Under the pieces are notes generated by a model. The model saw only the letters and a program-made list of their open reading frames with translations, was not told the origin of the DNA and did no database searches. Positions 15,565 to 25,258 of a DNA stretch of 64,000 bases are shown piece after piece (positions within the stretch are counted from its first letter, which is position 1; each line of letters starts with the position of its first letter). The DNA is taken from positions 522 to 64,521 of the forward strand of contig CALWDY010000012.1 in the NCBI GenBank assembly GCA_944376825.1, read 5' to 3'. Position numbers and translations under genes: made by a program. This DNA is from an uncultured Clostridia bacterium. GTDB lineage: Bacteria > Bacillota > Clostridia > Christensenellales > UBA1242.

Positions 15565-17205
15565 ATGATTATATTAGATGTAAATAAATTAAGTAAAGAT
15601 TTTGGATATGGAAAACTTTTTGAAAATGTTTCTTTCTCACTTAACGAAGGAGAATCTATTTCTATTGTAGGGCCAAATGGCTGTGGAAAGTCCACTTTGT
15701 TAAAAATGATTGCGGGAATTGAAAAAATAGACAACGGAACGGTAAGCATAAAAAAAGATGCAAAAGTCGCATATCTTGACCAGGTCGGTTCAAGTTATGA
15801 AGATGATAGATGTGTTTATGATATTTTAAAAGATTCTTTTGTTGAATTAAACGAAATGGAAAAGCGATTAAACATGTTACAAGAACAATTAAGTCAACAA
15901 AGTTTAAGCAACGATTATGACACAATTCTTAAGAAATATTGCAACTTGATAGAAAAATTTTCTATGCTTGGCGGTTATGATATTGACACAAATATTAACA
16001 TGGTTGCCGAAGGGTTAAAAATTAATAAAACAATATTAAATCAAAGTTATAACAAATTAAGTGGCGGTGAAAAAACTTTGGTGCAACTTGCAAAATCACT
16101 TTTGATAAGACCTGATTTGCTTTTGCTTGATGAACCAACAAACCACTTAGATATAGAAAGAATAGAATGGTTGGAAAAGTATATAAAGTCGTTTAAAGGT
16201 GCAACAGTTATTATTTCTCACGATAGATATTTTTTAGATAAAATGTCCAACAAAATATTGTCATTAGAGTTTGGCACTCCAAAGGTTTATTGCACCAATT
16301 ACACTGGGTATTTAAAAGAAAAAGAATTGGAATTTGAAAAACAATTAACAGCTTATAAAAATCAACAGCAACAAATAGAGAGATTTGAAAAACAAATTAA
16401 ATATTTTGCTCAAATTGGAATGGCAAAGAACAGTTCTGCCATGTGTGATAGAGCCCACACCCTGCAAACTCAATTAGATAGATTGAAAAAAAATGCAATA
16501 AAAAAACCAAAGCAAACAGCAAACATAAATGTTGCATTTGATGAAGTTAAAAAATCAAGTCAAGTGATAATTGATGCAAAAAATTTAAAAACACAAACTC
16601 CAAGTAAAAATATAATTTTAGACAACATAAATATAAAAATTTGTTCAAAAGAAAGAGTCGCCATTATTGGAAATAACGGAAGTGGCAAATCTACTTTTAT
16701 TAAAATAGTTCTTAAAGCAAACGAACTGCCATTTGAAGGAGAAATTGTTGTTGGTCCAAGTGTAAAGATTGGATACTTACCTCAAATAATAAAATTTACA
16801 AACGAAAACTTTACTCTTTTAGAATATTTTAAAAATTCATTAGGTGTAGACGAACAAAAAGCTCGACAAATTTTAGCAAGTTTCCATTTTTACAAAGAAG
16901 ATGTCAATAAAAAGGTTAAAAACCTATCAGGTGGTGAAAAAATTAAGGTAAAATTAGCAGAACTTTTACAACAAAAAATAAACACCTTGATATTTGATGA
17001 ACCAACAAACCACATCGACATTCCAACAAAAGAAGTTTTGGAAAATGCACTTGATGAATTTAAAGGTACTTTGATATTTGTTAGTCATGATAGATATTTT
17101 ATTAACAAGTTTGCAGATAAAACAATAGAGTTTAAAAACGGCAAAACAACAACATATGTTGGAAACTATGATTTTTATAAACAAGAAAAAAACAAAAAAC
17201 TATAA
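15565..17205 (+). CDS. ABC-F family ATPase (two ABC domains, no transmembrane domain; translation-factor or antibiotic-resistance type)
   Basis: Two Walker A motifs (GPNGCGKST, GNNGSGKST), two signatures (LSGGEKT, LSGGEKI), two Walker B motifs (LLLLDEPTNHLD, TLIFDEPTNHID) and a Q/K-rich interdomain linker. AAGGAG lies 6 nt before the ATG. Confidence 0.9.
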   Translation: MIILDVNKLSKDFGYGKLFENVSFSLNEGESISIVGPNGCGKSTLLKMIAGIEKIDNGTVSIKKDAKVAYLDQVGSSYEDDRCVYDILKDSFVELNEMEKRLNMLQEQLSQQSLSNDYDTILKKYCNLIEKFSMLGGYDIDTNINMVAEGLKINKTILNQSYNKLSGGEKTLVQLAKSLLIRPDLLLLDEPTNHLDIERIEWLEKYIKSFKGATVIISHDRYFLDKMSNKILSLEFGTPKVYCTNYTGYLKEKELEFEKQLTAYKNQQQQIERFEKQIKYFAQIGMAKNSSAMCDRAHTLQTQLDRLKKNAIKKPKQTANINVAFDEVKKSSQVIIDAKNLKTQTPSKNIILDNINIKICSKERVAIIGNNGSGKSTFIKIVLKANELPFEGEIVVGPSVKIGYLPQIIKFTNENFTLLEYFKNSLGVDEQKARQILASFHFYKEDVNKKVKNLSGGEKIKVKLAELLQQKINTLIFDEPTNHIDIPTKEVLENALDEFKGTLIFVSHDRYFINKFADKTIEFKNGKTTTYVGNYDFYKQEKNKKL

Positions 17206-17211
17206 TAAAGA

Positions 17212-17417
17212 AGAACGCATTGCGTTCTCAGCGTGTAGACAAATAAATCCAGACTGCCGAAAAACAAGTGAGGCGAGGCTCGCAAAATGCCCAAAAGCAG
17301 GAGTTTAGTTACCTAAATGACTGTTTTTGGGCGTTTTGCAGTAAACAAAGCAAGAAAAATTTTTCATAATTTTTCGGTCACGCAGTTTTTCGACAGCCTG
17401 AGAACGCTTTGCGTTCT
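17212..17417 (+). other. GC-rich ~206-nt imperfect long hairpin: a structured 3'-UTR/sRNA candidate or a MITE-like palindromic insert
   Basis: Terminal inverted repeats AAGAACGCATTGCGTTCTCAG and CTGAGAACGCTTTGCGTTCTT. Inner pairings are CCGAAAAA/TTTTTCGG and a 19-bp stem 17282..17300 with 17321..17339, whose only two non-Watson-Crick pairs are G-U on the plus strand. Markedly GC-richer than the flanks. Confidence 0.5.
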
Positions 17418-17423
17418 TTTTTA
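17401..17423 (+). terminator. Rho-independent terminator (right end of the palindromic element)
   Basis: AGAACGC-TTT-GCGTTCT stem-loop followed by TTTTTT. Confidence 0.6.
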
Positions 17424-17426
17424 TTC

Positions 17427-17822
17427 TTACTTTAAAATATTTTGTAATCTATCAAACTTTTCTTGCCAAAACTCATCTAAAAACCGAGATGAATTTTTGG
17501 AAAATTCATTAGATAGATATTTTAAAACAATTATATTTAATATAAAACTTCTTGAACCATTATGTAAAAAATATTTAAACTCATCCTCCCTTTCTTTAAT
17601 ATTTAAGTCTTTAAGATTTTTGGAAGCAATCACATCATTAACAATAGACAAAAATTTTTCGTCATTAAGAAAGTTTTTAGATATAAAATTATATAGCTTT
17701 TTTTGATTTAAGGTGTTTAAATAATCACCATAAACATCAAATATTTCATGCTGTTTCAGCATACTTTCATCTGTTATATTTTGAAATTGATTTTTATTTT
17801 TTAAACTTGTATCTTTTTTCAT
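17427..17822 (-). CDS. Hypothetical protein
   Basis: 131-aa ORF with no recognisable motifs. The overlapping plus-strand ORF 17317..17706 is judged spurious. Confidence 0.4.
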   Translation of the reverse strand: MKKDTSLKNKNQFQNITDESMLKQHEIFDVYGDYLNTLNQKKLYNFISKNFLNDEKFLSIVNDVIASKNLKDLNIKEREDEFKYFLHNGSRSFILNIIVLKYLSNEFSKNSSRFLDEFWQEKFDRLQNILK

Positions 17823-17953
17823 AATATTTTTCTTTTTATTTAAATTTTAAAAGTAACACTTTATTATAAATTATATTTATTTATTGTGCAACTTTTAAAT
17901 ATAATAAATTTATCATAAGCATTTTTATAACACAAAGTTATATGGAATATTTT

Positions 17954-18634
17954 TTATAAGTTTTCTTTTTCTATAAATGGTATTAAAATTCTAGGAGAAG
18001 CGATTCCTGTGCATGAGATTGTGTGCAAATCACCTTTTATGTTTAATCTTTTAACTTGTTCATCTTTAAAATATGTGCAACTGTGAGTTTCCATCCAGCC
18101 GTATTTTTTTGTTTTTACCTCTATATCAAATTTCTTAAAATGATATCCAGCATCTTCTTTTGTTTTATCAACCACTCTGTATTCAATTGAATAATTTTCC
18201 AAAAAAAATGTTGCGTTTTTTAAAAACTCATAAAAATATTTGTCGGCATTTTCTGGCTTACAAAAACAATATTGTTCAAATTTTTTAAACTCTTTTAATC
18301 TTATAAATCCCTCTAAATTTAATTCCTTTCTAAAACATTCGTTAAATGAAAAATAACATTGTTCTTCTTCTACGCTCTTATTCATAAAGTATTCTAAAAA
18401 GCCTTGTTCTGCACTGCCAAAAAGCGCATGCGTCTCATCAATTCCCAAACTTTGGTCTGTTCTTACTGCTTCTTGTTTTTCAACAACCTCCCATTTCCCA
18501 GCACTTGGCAACGATAAGTATTTGTAACCCTTTTTTAAAAGCATATCTTCAAAATCTCTAAATAGTTTTCTTTCTAGTTCGCTTAACTTATTGTCAAGAT
18601 AATACAATCCGTTTTCAACATAATAATTATTCAT
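17954..18634 (-). CDS. Seryl-tRNA-synthetase-like class II catalytic core only (no tRNA-binding coiled-coil arm); possibly an amino acid:carrier/ligase-type paralog
   Basis: SerRS-like motif 2 is ECFRKELNLEGFIRLKEFKKFEQYCFCKPE. FDIEVKTKKYGWMETHSCTYFKDEQVKRLNI corresponds to DLEvW...E.SSCSN..DFQARR. Motif 3 is HTISCTGIASPRILIPFIE. Only 226 aa. 8-nt overlap with the upstream gene. Confidence 0.6.
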   Translation of the reverse strand: MNNYYVENGLYYLDNKLSELERKLFRDFEDMLLKKGYKYLSLPSAGKWEVVEKQEAVRTDQSLGIDETHALFGSAEQGFLEYFMNKSVEEEQCYFSFNECFRKELNLEGFIRLKEFKKFEQYCFCKPENADKYFYEFLKNATFFLENYSIEYRVVDKTKEDAGYHFKKFDIEVKTKKYGWMETHSCTYFKDEQVKRLNIKGDLHTISCTGIASPRILIPFIEKENL

Positions 18635-19617
18635 ATTTTTTACTTTCCTTAACTTTATTTGAAAATTTTATTAAATCATGTATAGTTAAACCATAATTTT
18701 CTGCAATTTTTTCAACTGCTCCAATGATATCTGAAAGTTCAATAAGATACATTAAATGGTTTTGTTGTTGCAATGCATCTTTTGCCTCTTCAACTTCTTC
18801 TTCTACTTTTGAAAATTCACCATAAACACCTTTTTTTATGTTTTTTTCGTGAAAACTAAATTTTTGATTTACATTTATTTCATCATAAGTGTTTTTTGTT
18901 GAAAAATGAATTGTCAAAGGTTTGTTGTTTTTTGTTTCAAAAATAAATCTTTTGTGTAAAAAAGTTTTAAGTTTATTTGTTGTAATTATATTGTTTATAA
19001 CATTGTCTATCTCTGAAATAGCAAGCGCATTATTCTTAATCCAAAGACTTTGTTTTGTTCCATTGTTTGAATTATCCAAAAATTTTAATGCAATTGTTTC
19101 AACATTTTGAATGTTTGAATAATGGTCTATGTAGCGATTAATAAATTTAACATTGTTGTTTAAAAGAACAATATTTACCCTTACTCTCTTTGCATTTAAA
19201 AAACTTGAAAGTTCCAAATAGTTTTGATTTTAACCAAAAAACTTTTTATCCTCTAATGCGTTAGATGATACAACAGTAATTTCCTTTAACCAACCACTAA
19301 ATAGGTTTAATTTTTCTTGTTCACAAAACAAATTACCAGAGGTTTGAATTCGATAATCTTTAAATATTTTTGAATTTTCCACTATTGTTTTTATTTCTTC
19401 AAGTTTTTTTAAATCATACAACGAAGTTTCGCCATTGCCCGACAAAATAAAATGCTCAAAACTTATTTTTTTTGTTTTTGTAATAACTAATTTTGTCTTT
19501 TAAGCTTTTTATTTCTTCTTCAAATGAACTTGTATTTTTGTTATTCATTTTAGCAATACAATAAGGACAATTCTTATTACACTTGTAATCGTTTAGTATA
19601 AAAACAAAATCTTTCAT
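18627..19617 (-). pseudogene. Disrupted radical-SAM enzyme fused to a C-terminal HisE/MazG-like all-alpha NTP pyrophosphohydrolase domain
   Basis: The N-terminus MKDFVFILNDYKCNKNCPYCIAK (Cx3Cx2C) follows an AGGAG Shine-Dalgarno. A +1 frameshift sits in the A8 run (19466..19473), after which the frame continues FEHFILSGNGETSLY. An in-frame TAA lies at 19230..19232. The C-terminus EFSKVEEEVEEAKDAL...LIELSDIIGAVEKIAENYGL carries the EExxE...ExxD pattern. Confidence 0.6.
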
Positions 19618-19931
19618 ATTTTCTCCTATATTTTTAGCTTTTTTTAAAATAATTTTTATTGGTTTGCCATGTTTATACTTTAAAAAAGTTTAAATAAGTT
19701 ATTATAATTTTCAAACATATAAAAGTAAGTTTAAAACCCACTTTATTTGCTTATGTTATAATATTACGCCAAGAGTTAATATAAGTAAAATACATGTTTT
19801 TTATATAACCCATAATTGTTGGTTATATCTAGTAGGAAAAATAAAAAAAACACAAAACATAAAAATTCAATATGTTTGTGTTTTTTAATGTATTTTTATT
19901 ATATTATAAACAATGCAACATAGATTAAAAA

Positions 19932-20711
19932 CTATGTTCCTGTACCTTGATATTTTTTTAAACTTAAATTAAAAAATGCAAAACATGGAACGGCAAACAA
20001 CATTCCAAAAATTGGTGAAATTGCATAAAGCCACGAAGGCAAATTTCCAACATCCATTAAATATGATAATGGAAGGTAGTTGAAACAAGCAACTGGCAAT
20101 ACAAATGTAAAAAATCTTGTTATCCATTTTGTATAAATATTTATAGGATAATTGGCTAGTTCTTTGCTTCCATTTGTTATAATGTTTAAAAATTCCATTT
20201 TTTCTATTGTAAAAACGCTTATACCCGCACTTAAAACAAATACCCCTAAAAAAAAGCAAATAGCACAAAGATAAGAAGCAATTAACACTAAAATTTTTGC
20301 AAATGTAAAAGTTATGTTTAAATTTAAAAGCGCAATTACACTTGCTATTATACCAACAAAAACCCTGCCTATTTTTGAAAATTCTATTTTTGAACCCAGT
20401 ATTTGATAATGAATATTTACCGGTCTAACAAGCAATCTGTCAAGTTCGCCAAATTTAACAAGCAGTGAAAAATTATCATATCCTCTAAAAAAACATTCCA
20501 CAATTGGATAGGCAGTCATGAGTATTCCAAACATAAGCAAGCATTCATAAAAGCCCCAAGGACCAACACTTTCAAAAGTTTGAAACATAAAATACAAAGC
20601 CAAAAGTTCTCCCACAGTGATAAGCGATTGACTGACTCCAACAAAAATTGTGTTTAATCTATATTCAAAAGATGATTTTAAGTGCATTTTTAAATATTTT
20701 TTATAAAGCAT
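19932..20711 (-). CDS. ABC-2-type transporter permease (six-TM, DUF990-like)
   Basis: 259-aa polytopic membrane protein, third gene after the ABC ATPase and a paralogous permease. Confidence 0.6.
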   Translation of the reverse strand: MLYKKYLKMHLKSSFEYRLNTIFVGVSQSLITVGELLALYFMFQTFESVGPWGFYECLLMFGILMTAYPIVECFFRGYDNFSLLVKFGELDRLLVRPVNIHYQILGSKIEFSKIGRVFVGIIASVIALLNLNITFTFAKILVLIASYLCAICFFLGVFVLSAGISVFTIEKMEFLNIITNGSKELANYPINIYTKWITRFFTFVLPVACFNYLPLSYLMDVGNLPSWLYAISPIFGMLFAVPCFAFFNLSLKKYQGTGT

Positions 20712-20712
20712 T

Positions 20713-21510
20713 TTAACCCCCTTGAACTATAGTTTTCTTTAACGCAAAATGCATTAACAACTTGACCACAAAAATTAGCGCAAAAAGCCATGCCAAAGAA
20801 ATGGCAATTTGTATTATTGATGTTGATATGTCTAAACTGCCAGAATATATCCTAAAAGGTAAATCTGATACATATCTAAACGGAAGATAATTTAACACAT
20901 TTTGGATGCTTTGAGGCATAAAAGGCAAAGGTATATAAAAACCACCCAATAACCCCGATATCACATTAACAATATCCAAAGCCCCCTTAGGCATTAAAGT
21001 TTTAATTGTAAGGTATACTGCAACCATGCCCAGTGTTACACTTAAAAATAAACTTATTATTAAACTTGTTAAAAACAATATAAAATGCACCCAACTTGTT
21101 GGAGCTGACAATGTTAACGGAGATGGCAAAATTAATGCAATTATAATTATTGGAAAGCATCTTAATAATATATTTGCCAGTTTTTCTCCAAAACTTTCAA
21201 AAAACCATTGATTATACAAATTTAACGGTCTTATAAATTTATAGCAAACATCACCCTTAACAATTTCTTGCTCAGAATTTTTAGGTAAACTTATAAAAGA
21301 TACAGCAAAAAACGCTTGTCCCAGCCAAATATAACTTACCATTTGAGAAGTTGTAAAACCATCAACTGCTTGATTTATCATAAAAGCCAAGTACAAATAT
21401 ATTTTAAAAAGCCCCCAAAAAAATTGTGTAGTAAGCCCAGAAATTGCCTTTGCCCTATATTGCAATTGACCTTTAAACTGCATTTTAAAAATTCCAAAGT
21501 AAGACTTCAT
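20713..21510 (-). CDS. ABC-2-type transporter permease
   Basis: Polytopic membrane protein. ATG 21510 (MKSYFGIF) is preceded by AGGGGG. The track start at 21567 would overlap the ATPase gene by 47 nt. Confidence 0.6.
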   Translation of the reverse strand: MKSYFGIFKMQFKGQLQYRAKAISGLTTQFFWGLFKIYLYLAFMINQAVDGFTTSQMVSYIWLGQAFFAVSFISLPKNSEQEIVKGDVCYKFIRPLNLYNQWFFESFGEKLANILLRCFPIIIIALILPSPLTLSAPTSWVHFILFLTSLIISLFLSVTLGMVAVYLTIKTLMPKGALDIVNVISGLLGGFYIPLPFMPQSIQNVLNYLPFRYVSDLPFRIYSGSLDISTSIIQIAISLAWLFALIFVVKLLMHFALKKTIVQGG

Positions 21511-21520
21511 TTTTGCCCCC

Positions 21521-22510
21521 TTATAAATTAAATTCCTTATAAAGTTTAGCAAGCACTTCATCAACACTTATTGTGTTTACCGAAAAGTCTACAATTTCAT
21601 ATTTTTGTGTTATTGTTTGCAAAAATTTTTGTGTGTTAAAAATTGTTTGTGGGAAATTTTTTAACACTGCAACGTTTTTATCATGCGAGACAACATTATA
21701 CCCTTCCACTTCAATCTTGTCATATTCTTTTAAAAATTCAACAGTTATTGTTTTTTCATTTGCATATTTATTTTTTAAATATTCAAAGCTTCCATTATAT
21801 AAAATTTTGCCTTTTCCAATTAAGATAACTTTGTTTGTAAGTGCATCGATGTCGGTCATATCGTGTGTTGTTAAAATAACCGTCGTTTTCCATTCTTTGT
21901 TTATGTATTTAACAAAATCTCTTACTGCAAGTTTTGTTACAGCATCAAGTCCAATTGTTGGTTCATCTAAAAATAAAATTTTTGGCTTATGTAACAATGC
22001 TCCTGCAAGTTCACATTTCATTTTTTGACCAAGTGAAAGTTGTCTAAGAGGCCTATCTAAAAGTTCGCCAATCTTTAAAATATCAATGAGGATATCAAGA
22101 GTTTTTTGATATTCTTCTGTTGGAATGTTGTAAATATCTTTAAGCAGTTCAAAACTATCTCTAACTGGCACATCCCACCACAGTTGGGACCTTTGTCCAA
22201 AGACAACACCTATGCTTTTAACATACTTTTTTCTATCTTTCCATGGAATATATCCGTTTATTTTGCATTGTCCAGAAGTTGGAGTCAAAATGCCACTCAT
22301 AATTTTTATGGTTGTGCTCTTCCCTGCACCATTAGGTCCTATATAACCAACAATGTCGCCTTCTTGAATTTCAAAACAAACATTGTTTAGTGCTTTTATT
22401 AGTTTATGCTTGCGCTTAAATAAACCTTTAATTGCACCCCAAAGTCCCTTGTCTCTTAAGAAAATTTTAAATTCTTTGTTAATATTATTAAACTCAATTA
22501 TATTTGACAT
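21521..22510 (-). CDS. ABC transporter ATP-binding protein (partner of the two ABC-2 permeases)
   Basis: GPNGAGKST Walker A, LSLGQKMKCELAGAL signature and ILFLDEPTIGLD Walker B. Confidence 0.85.
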   Translation of the reverse strand: MSNIIEFNNINKEFKIFLRDKGLWGAIKGLFKRKHKLIKALNNVCFEIQEGDIVGYIGPNGAGKSTTIKIMSGILTPTSGQCKINGYIPWKDRKKYVKSIGVVFGQRSQLWWDVPVRDSFELLKDIYNIPTEEYQKTLDILIDILKIGELLDRPLRQLSLGQKMKCELAGALLHKPKILFLDEPTIGLDAVTKLAVRDFVKYINKEWKTTVILTTHDMTDIDALTNKVILIGKGKILYNGSFEYLKNKYANEKTITVEFLKEYDKIEVEGYNVVSHDKNVAVLKNFPQTIFNTQKFLQTITQKYEIVDFSVNTISVDEVLAKLYKEFNL

Positions 22511-23278
22511 ACTTTTCCTTTTTTAATGGTATAAAGTTTCAAATTTCAGCAACATAACATGAGTCTATTTTGCATAATTATTAATTATACAACTTTTGCA
22601 CAAAAACCGCAAGTGTTTTATATGAGTTTTCGCAAAAGAAAATGTTTTACCAAAATTTTTTAAATTTTATACAACTTTGTTTTTCCGCTGTATATTCTTG
22701 CATTAAATACCTAAGTCTTTCATCAAAATTTGAGACAAATACAAAACTAACTTTTTGATCTTTAATTTCTATAACAGAAATATTTATATCTTCTTTAACA
22801 TTTTCAAAATTAAATTTACCAACTTGAACAGTATTCCTTAAAATTTTTTGGTATTTATTACTGCTATAAGTATTTGTAAAAAACTCATAATTTTTTTAAT
22901 TAAATGATACTTTCATTTCAGTGTAATCCTATACACAAAGCAACTAAACTTGGACAAAAATTTTAAAAATCACTTAACTTGCAATTGGCATTTTCGAAAC
23001 TAAACAAATCTGCATAATATTATTAATTGTTTGTTTGATAATGTGATTTTGTAATCTTTTTTCCGTAAGCAAAAAGCAAACTTAAACACGGAATCACCAA
23101 TAAAAATGTCTAAATTGCAAAAGCAATTTTTCTTTTCATAAAATCTCCCTAAAAATTATGTTTGCTAAAGGGGATAAACATTTAAAAATTATACACTAAG
23201 TTTTGATACCATAAATTATAAAATAATGAAATGTTTGTAAATACTTAGAATAAAAACATCAGCATTTTGCTGATGTTT

Positions 23279-25042
23279 TTATTCTGTTATTTTTATATGA
23301 ACTTCTTTTAATTGTTTTTCTGTTACTTCGCTTGGCGCATTCATTAAAATATCTTGTGCTTTTTTATTCATTGGGAATGCAATTATTTCTCTTATACTTT
23401 CTTCGCCAAGAAGTAGCATAACCATTCTATCCACTCCCGGAGCAATTCCTGCATGTGGTGGTGGTCCATATGAAAATGCGTTGTAAAGTGCTGGAAATTT
23501 TGATTGAACAACATCTTCGCCAAGCCCAACAATTTCAAATGCTTTAAGCATCATTTCCGGATCATGATTTCTTACTGCCCCTGATGATAGTTCAACTCCA
23601 TTGCATACCAAATCGTATTGATATGCTTTTAAACTAAGTGCAAAATTTTTGTCTTGTTTCGCCTTTTCAAGAGCTTGCATTCCACCTTGTGGCATTGAAA
23701 ATGGATTATGACAAAACTCAATTTCACCAGATTCATCACCTATTTCGTACATAGGGAAATCTACAATCCAACAAAATTCATAACATTCTTTATTTATGTG
23801 ATTATTTGTTGCGTACCCTGCTTTTTTAATTATAACACCTGCTGATTTTTGAGCCGTTTTTTTGTCGCCAGCAGTTACAAAGATTATTGTGTTTGGTTTT
23901 AACTGTAATCTTTCTAGCAAATCTGTTTTAATATCTTGCATAAATTTTGCAATTCCGCCAACAAGTTCATTGTTTTCATCAACTTTAAACCAATATACTT
24001 TGTTTTGTGCTTGAACTTCCATATCAGCAACAAGACTGTCAATAAATTTTCTTGACTCTGTAAAATTATCCACAACAACACATTTTACTGTCTTATTTAT
24101 TAAAGCTTCAAAAGTTGACTTTTGCATTAAATCTGTAACATCATTAACTACAAGGTCAATTCTAAGGTCTGGTTTATCCGAGCCATATTTTTCCATTGCT
24201 TCATTATATGGTATCCTTACAAAAGGAGCAGAAGATGCCTTTTTATATTTACCATATTTCTCAAAAACAGGTGGAAGTACTTTTTCTATTACAGTAAATA
24301 CATCTTCTTGATTTGCAAATGCCATTTCCATATCTAATTGATAAAACTCACCTGGTGAACGGTCTTGTCTTGCATCTTCATCTCTAAAACATGGTGCAAT
24401 TTGGAAATACCTATCAAATCCCGATGTCATTAAAAGTTGTTTAAACTGTTGTGGAGCTTGTGGAAGTGCATAAAATTTCCCTGGATAGTTTCTTGAAGGA
24501 ACCAGATAGTCTCTCGCACCTTCTGGTGAAGAACTTGTCAGTATTGGTGTTGTTATTTCCAAAAAGTTTTCTTCTATCATTCTTTGTCTTAATTCTGCAA
24601 CTATTTTACTTCTTAAAACAATTTTACTTTTAACTTCTGGATTTCTTAAATCAAGATATCTATATTTTAATCTAATATTTTCATCTACTTCTGTAGAATG
24701 ATTTACTTCAAATGGAAGTTCGTTATATTTACACTTGCCCAAAACTTCAAGTTTTTCACAAACAATTTCAATGTCTCCTGTTTGCATTTTAGGGTTTTTT
24801 GAAATTCTTTCTCTTACACACCCTTCAACTAATATAGTTGATTCGCAATTGATAGAATTTACTTGTTCAATAATTTCTTGATTGTCTGCAACAATTTGAG
24901 TTTTTCCGTAAAAATCTCTTAAAACCAAAAACATTAAGTTTTTGCTCACGCTTCTAACATTTTCAAGCCAACCAACAAGTTTAACTTTTTGACCTACATT
25001 ACCTAGCCTTAACTCGCCAGCGTTATGTGTTCTATTTTGCAT
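23279..25042 (-). CDS. aspS: Aspartyl-tRNA synthetase
   Basis: 587 aa with an N-terminal OB-fold, class II motifs FQIAPCFRDEDARQDRSPGEFYQLDMEM and GIAPGVDRMVMLL, and the bacterial insertion domain. Confidence 0.95.
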   Translation of the reverse strand: MQNRTHNAGELRLGNVGQKVKLVGWLENVRSVSKNLMFLVLRDFYGKTQIVADNQEIIEQVNSINCESTILVEGCVRERISKNPKMQTGDIEIVCEKLEVLGKCKYNELPFEVNHSTEVDENIRLKYRYLDLRNPEVKSKIVLRSKIVAELRQRMIEENFLEITTPILTSSSPEGARDYLVPSRNYPGKFYALPQAPQQFKQLLMTSGFDRYFQIAPCFRDEDARQDRSPGEFYQLDMEMAFANQEDVFTVIEKVLPPVFEKYGKYKKASSAPFVRIPYNEAMEKYGSDKPDLRIDLVVNDVTDLMQKSTFEALINKTVKCVVVDNFTESRKFIDSLVADMEVQAQNKVYWFKVDENNELVGGIAKFMQDIKTDLLERLQLKPNTIIFVTAGDKKTAQKSAGVIIKKAGYATNNHINKECYEFCWIVDFPMYEIGDESGEIEFCHNPFSMPQGGMQALEKAKQDKNFALSLKAYQYDLVCNGVELSSGAVRNHDPEMMLKAFEIVGLGEDVVQSKFPALYNAFSYGPPPHAGIAPGVDRMVMLLLGEESIREIIAFPMNKKAQDILMNAPSEVTEKQLKEVHIKITE

Positions 25043-25258
25043 TTTTTTTCTCCTCGCTAATTTTCAATGTAAAGTATAACAACATGCACATTAAAAAGCA
25101 AATATAAAATTGTATTTTGTTGTTGTTGGTTTGAATTTACTTGACTTTAACGTTTTGATAAACAACTAGCATTAAAAAATTTTTAATTTATAATCCTAGA
25201 CAATAAATAATTTAAAAAATAATTAAATAATTTATCTGTTAAAAACAATTAAAAAATA

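Noticed and set aside
17317-17706. 129-aa plus-strand ORF starting inside the GC-rich palindromic element.
   Set aside because: It runs antisense through the better-supported 17427..17822 gene and begins within the hairpin/terminator structure. No Shine-Dalgarno at proper spacing, and the translation is low complexity.
25043-25258. T-box riboswitch leaders upstream of aspS (25043..25258) and glyQS (30071..30292).
   Set aside because: The regions are short or extremely AT-rich. They lack the conserved T-box sequence, a specifier-loop architecture and terminator/antiterminator stems. Only simple promoter-like hexamers are visible.
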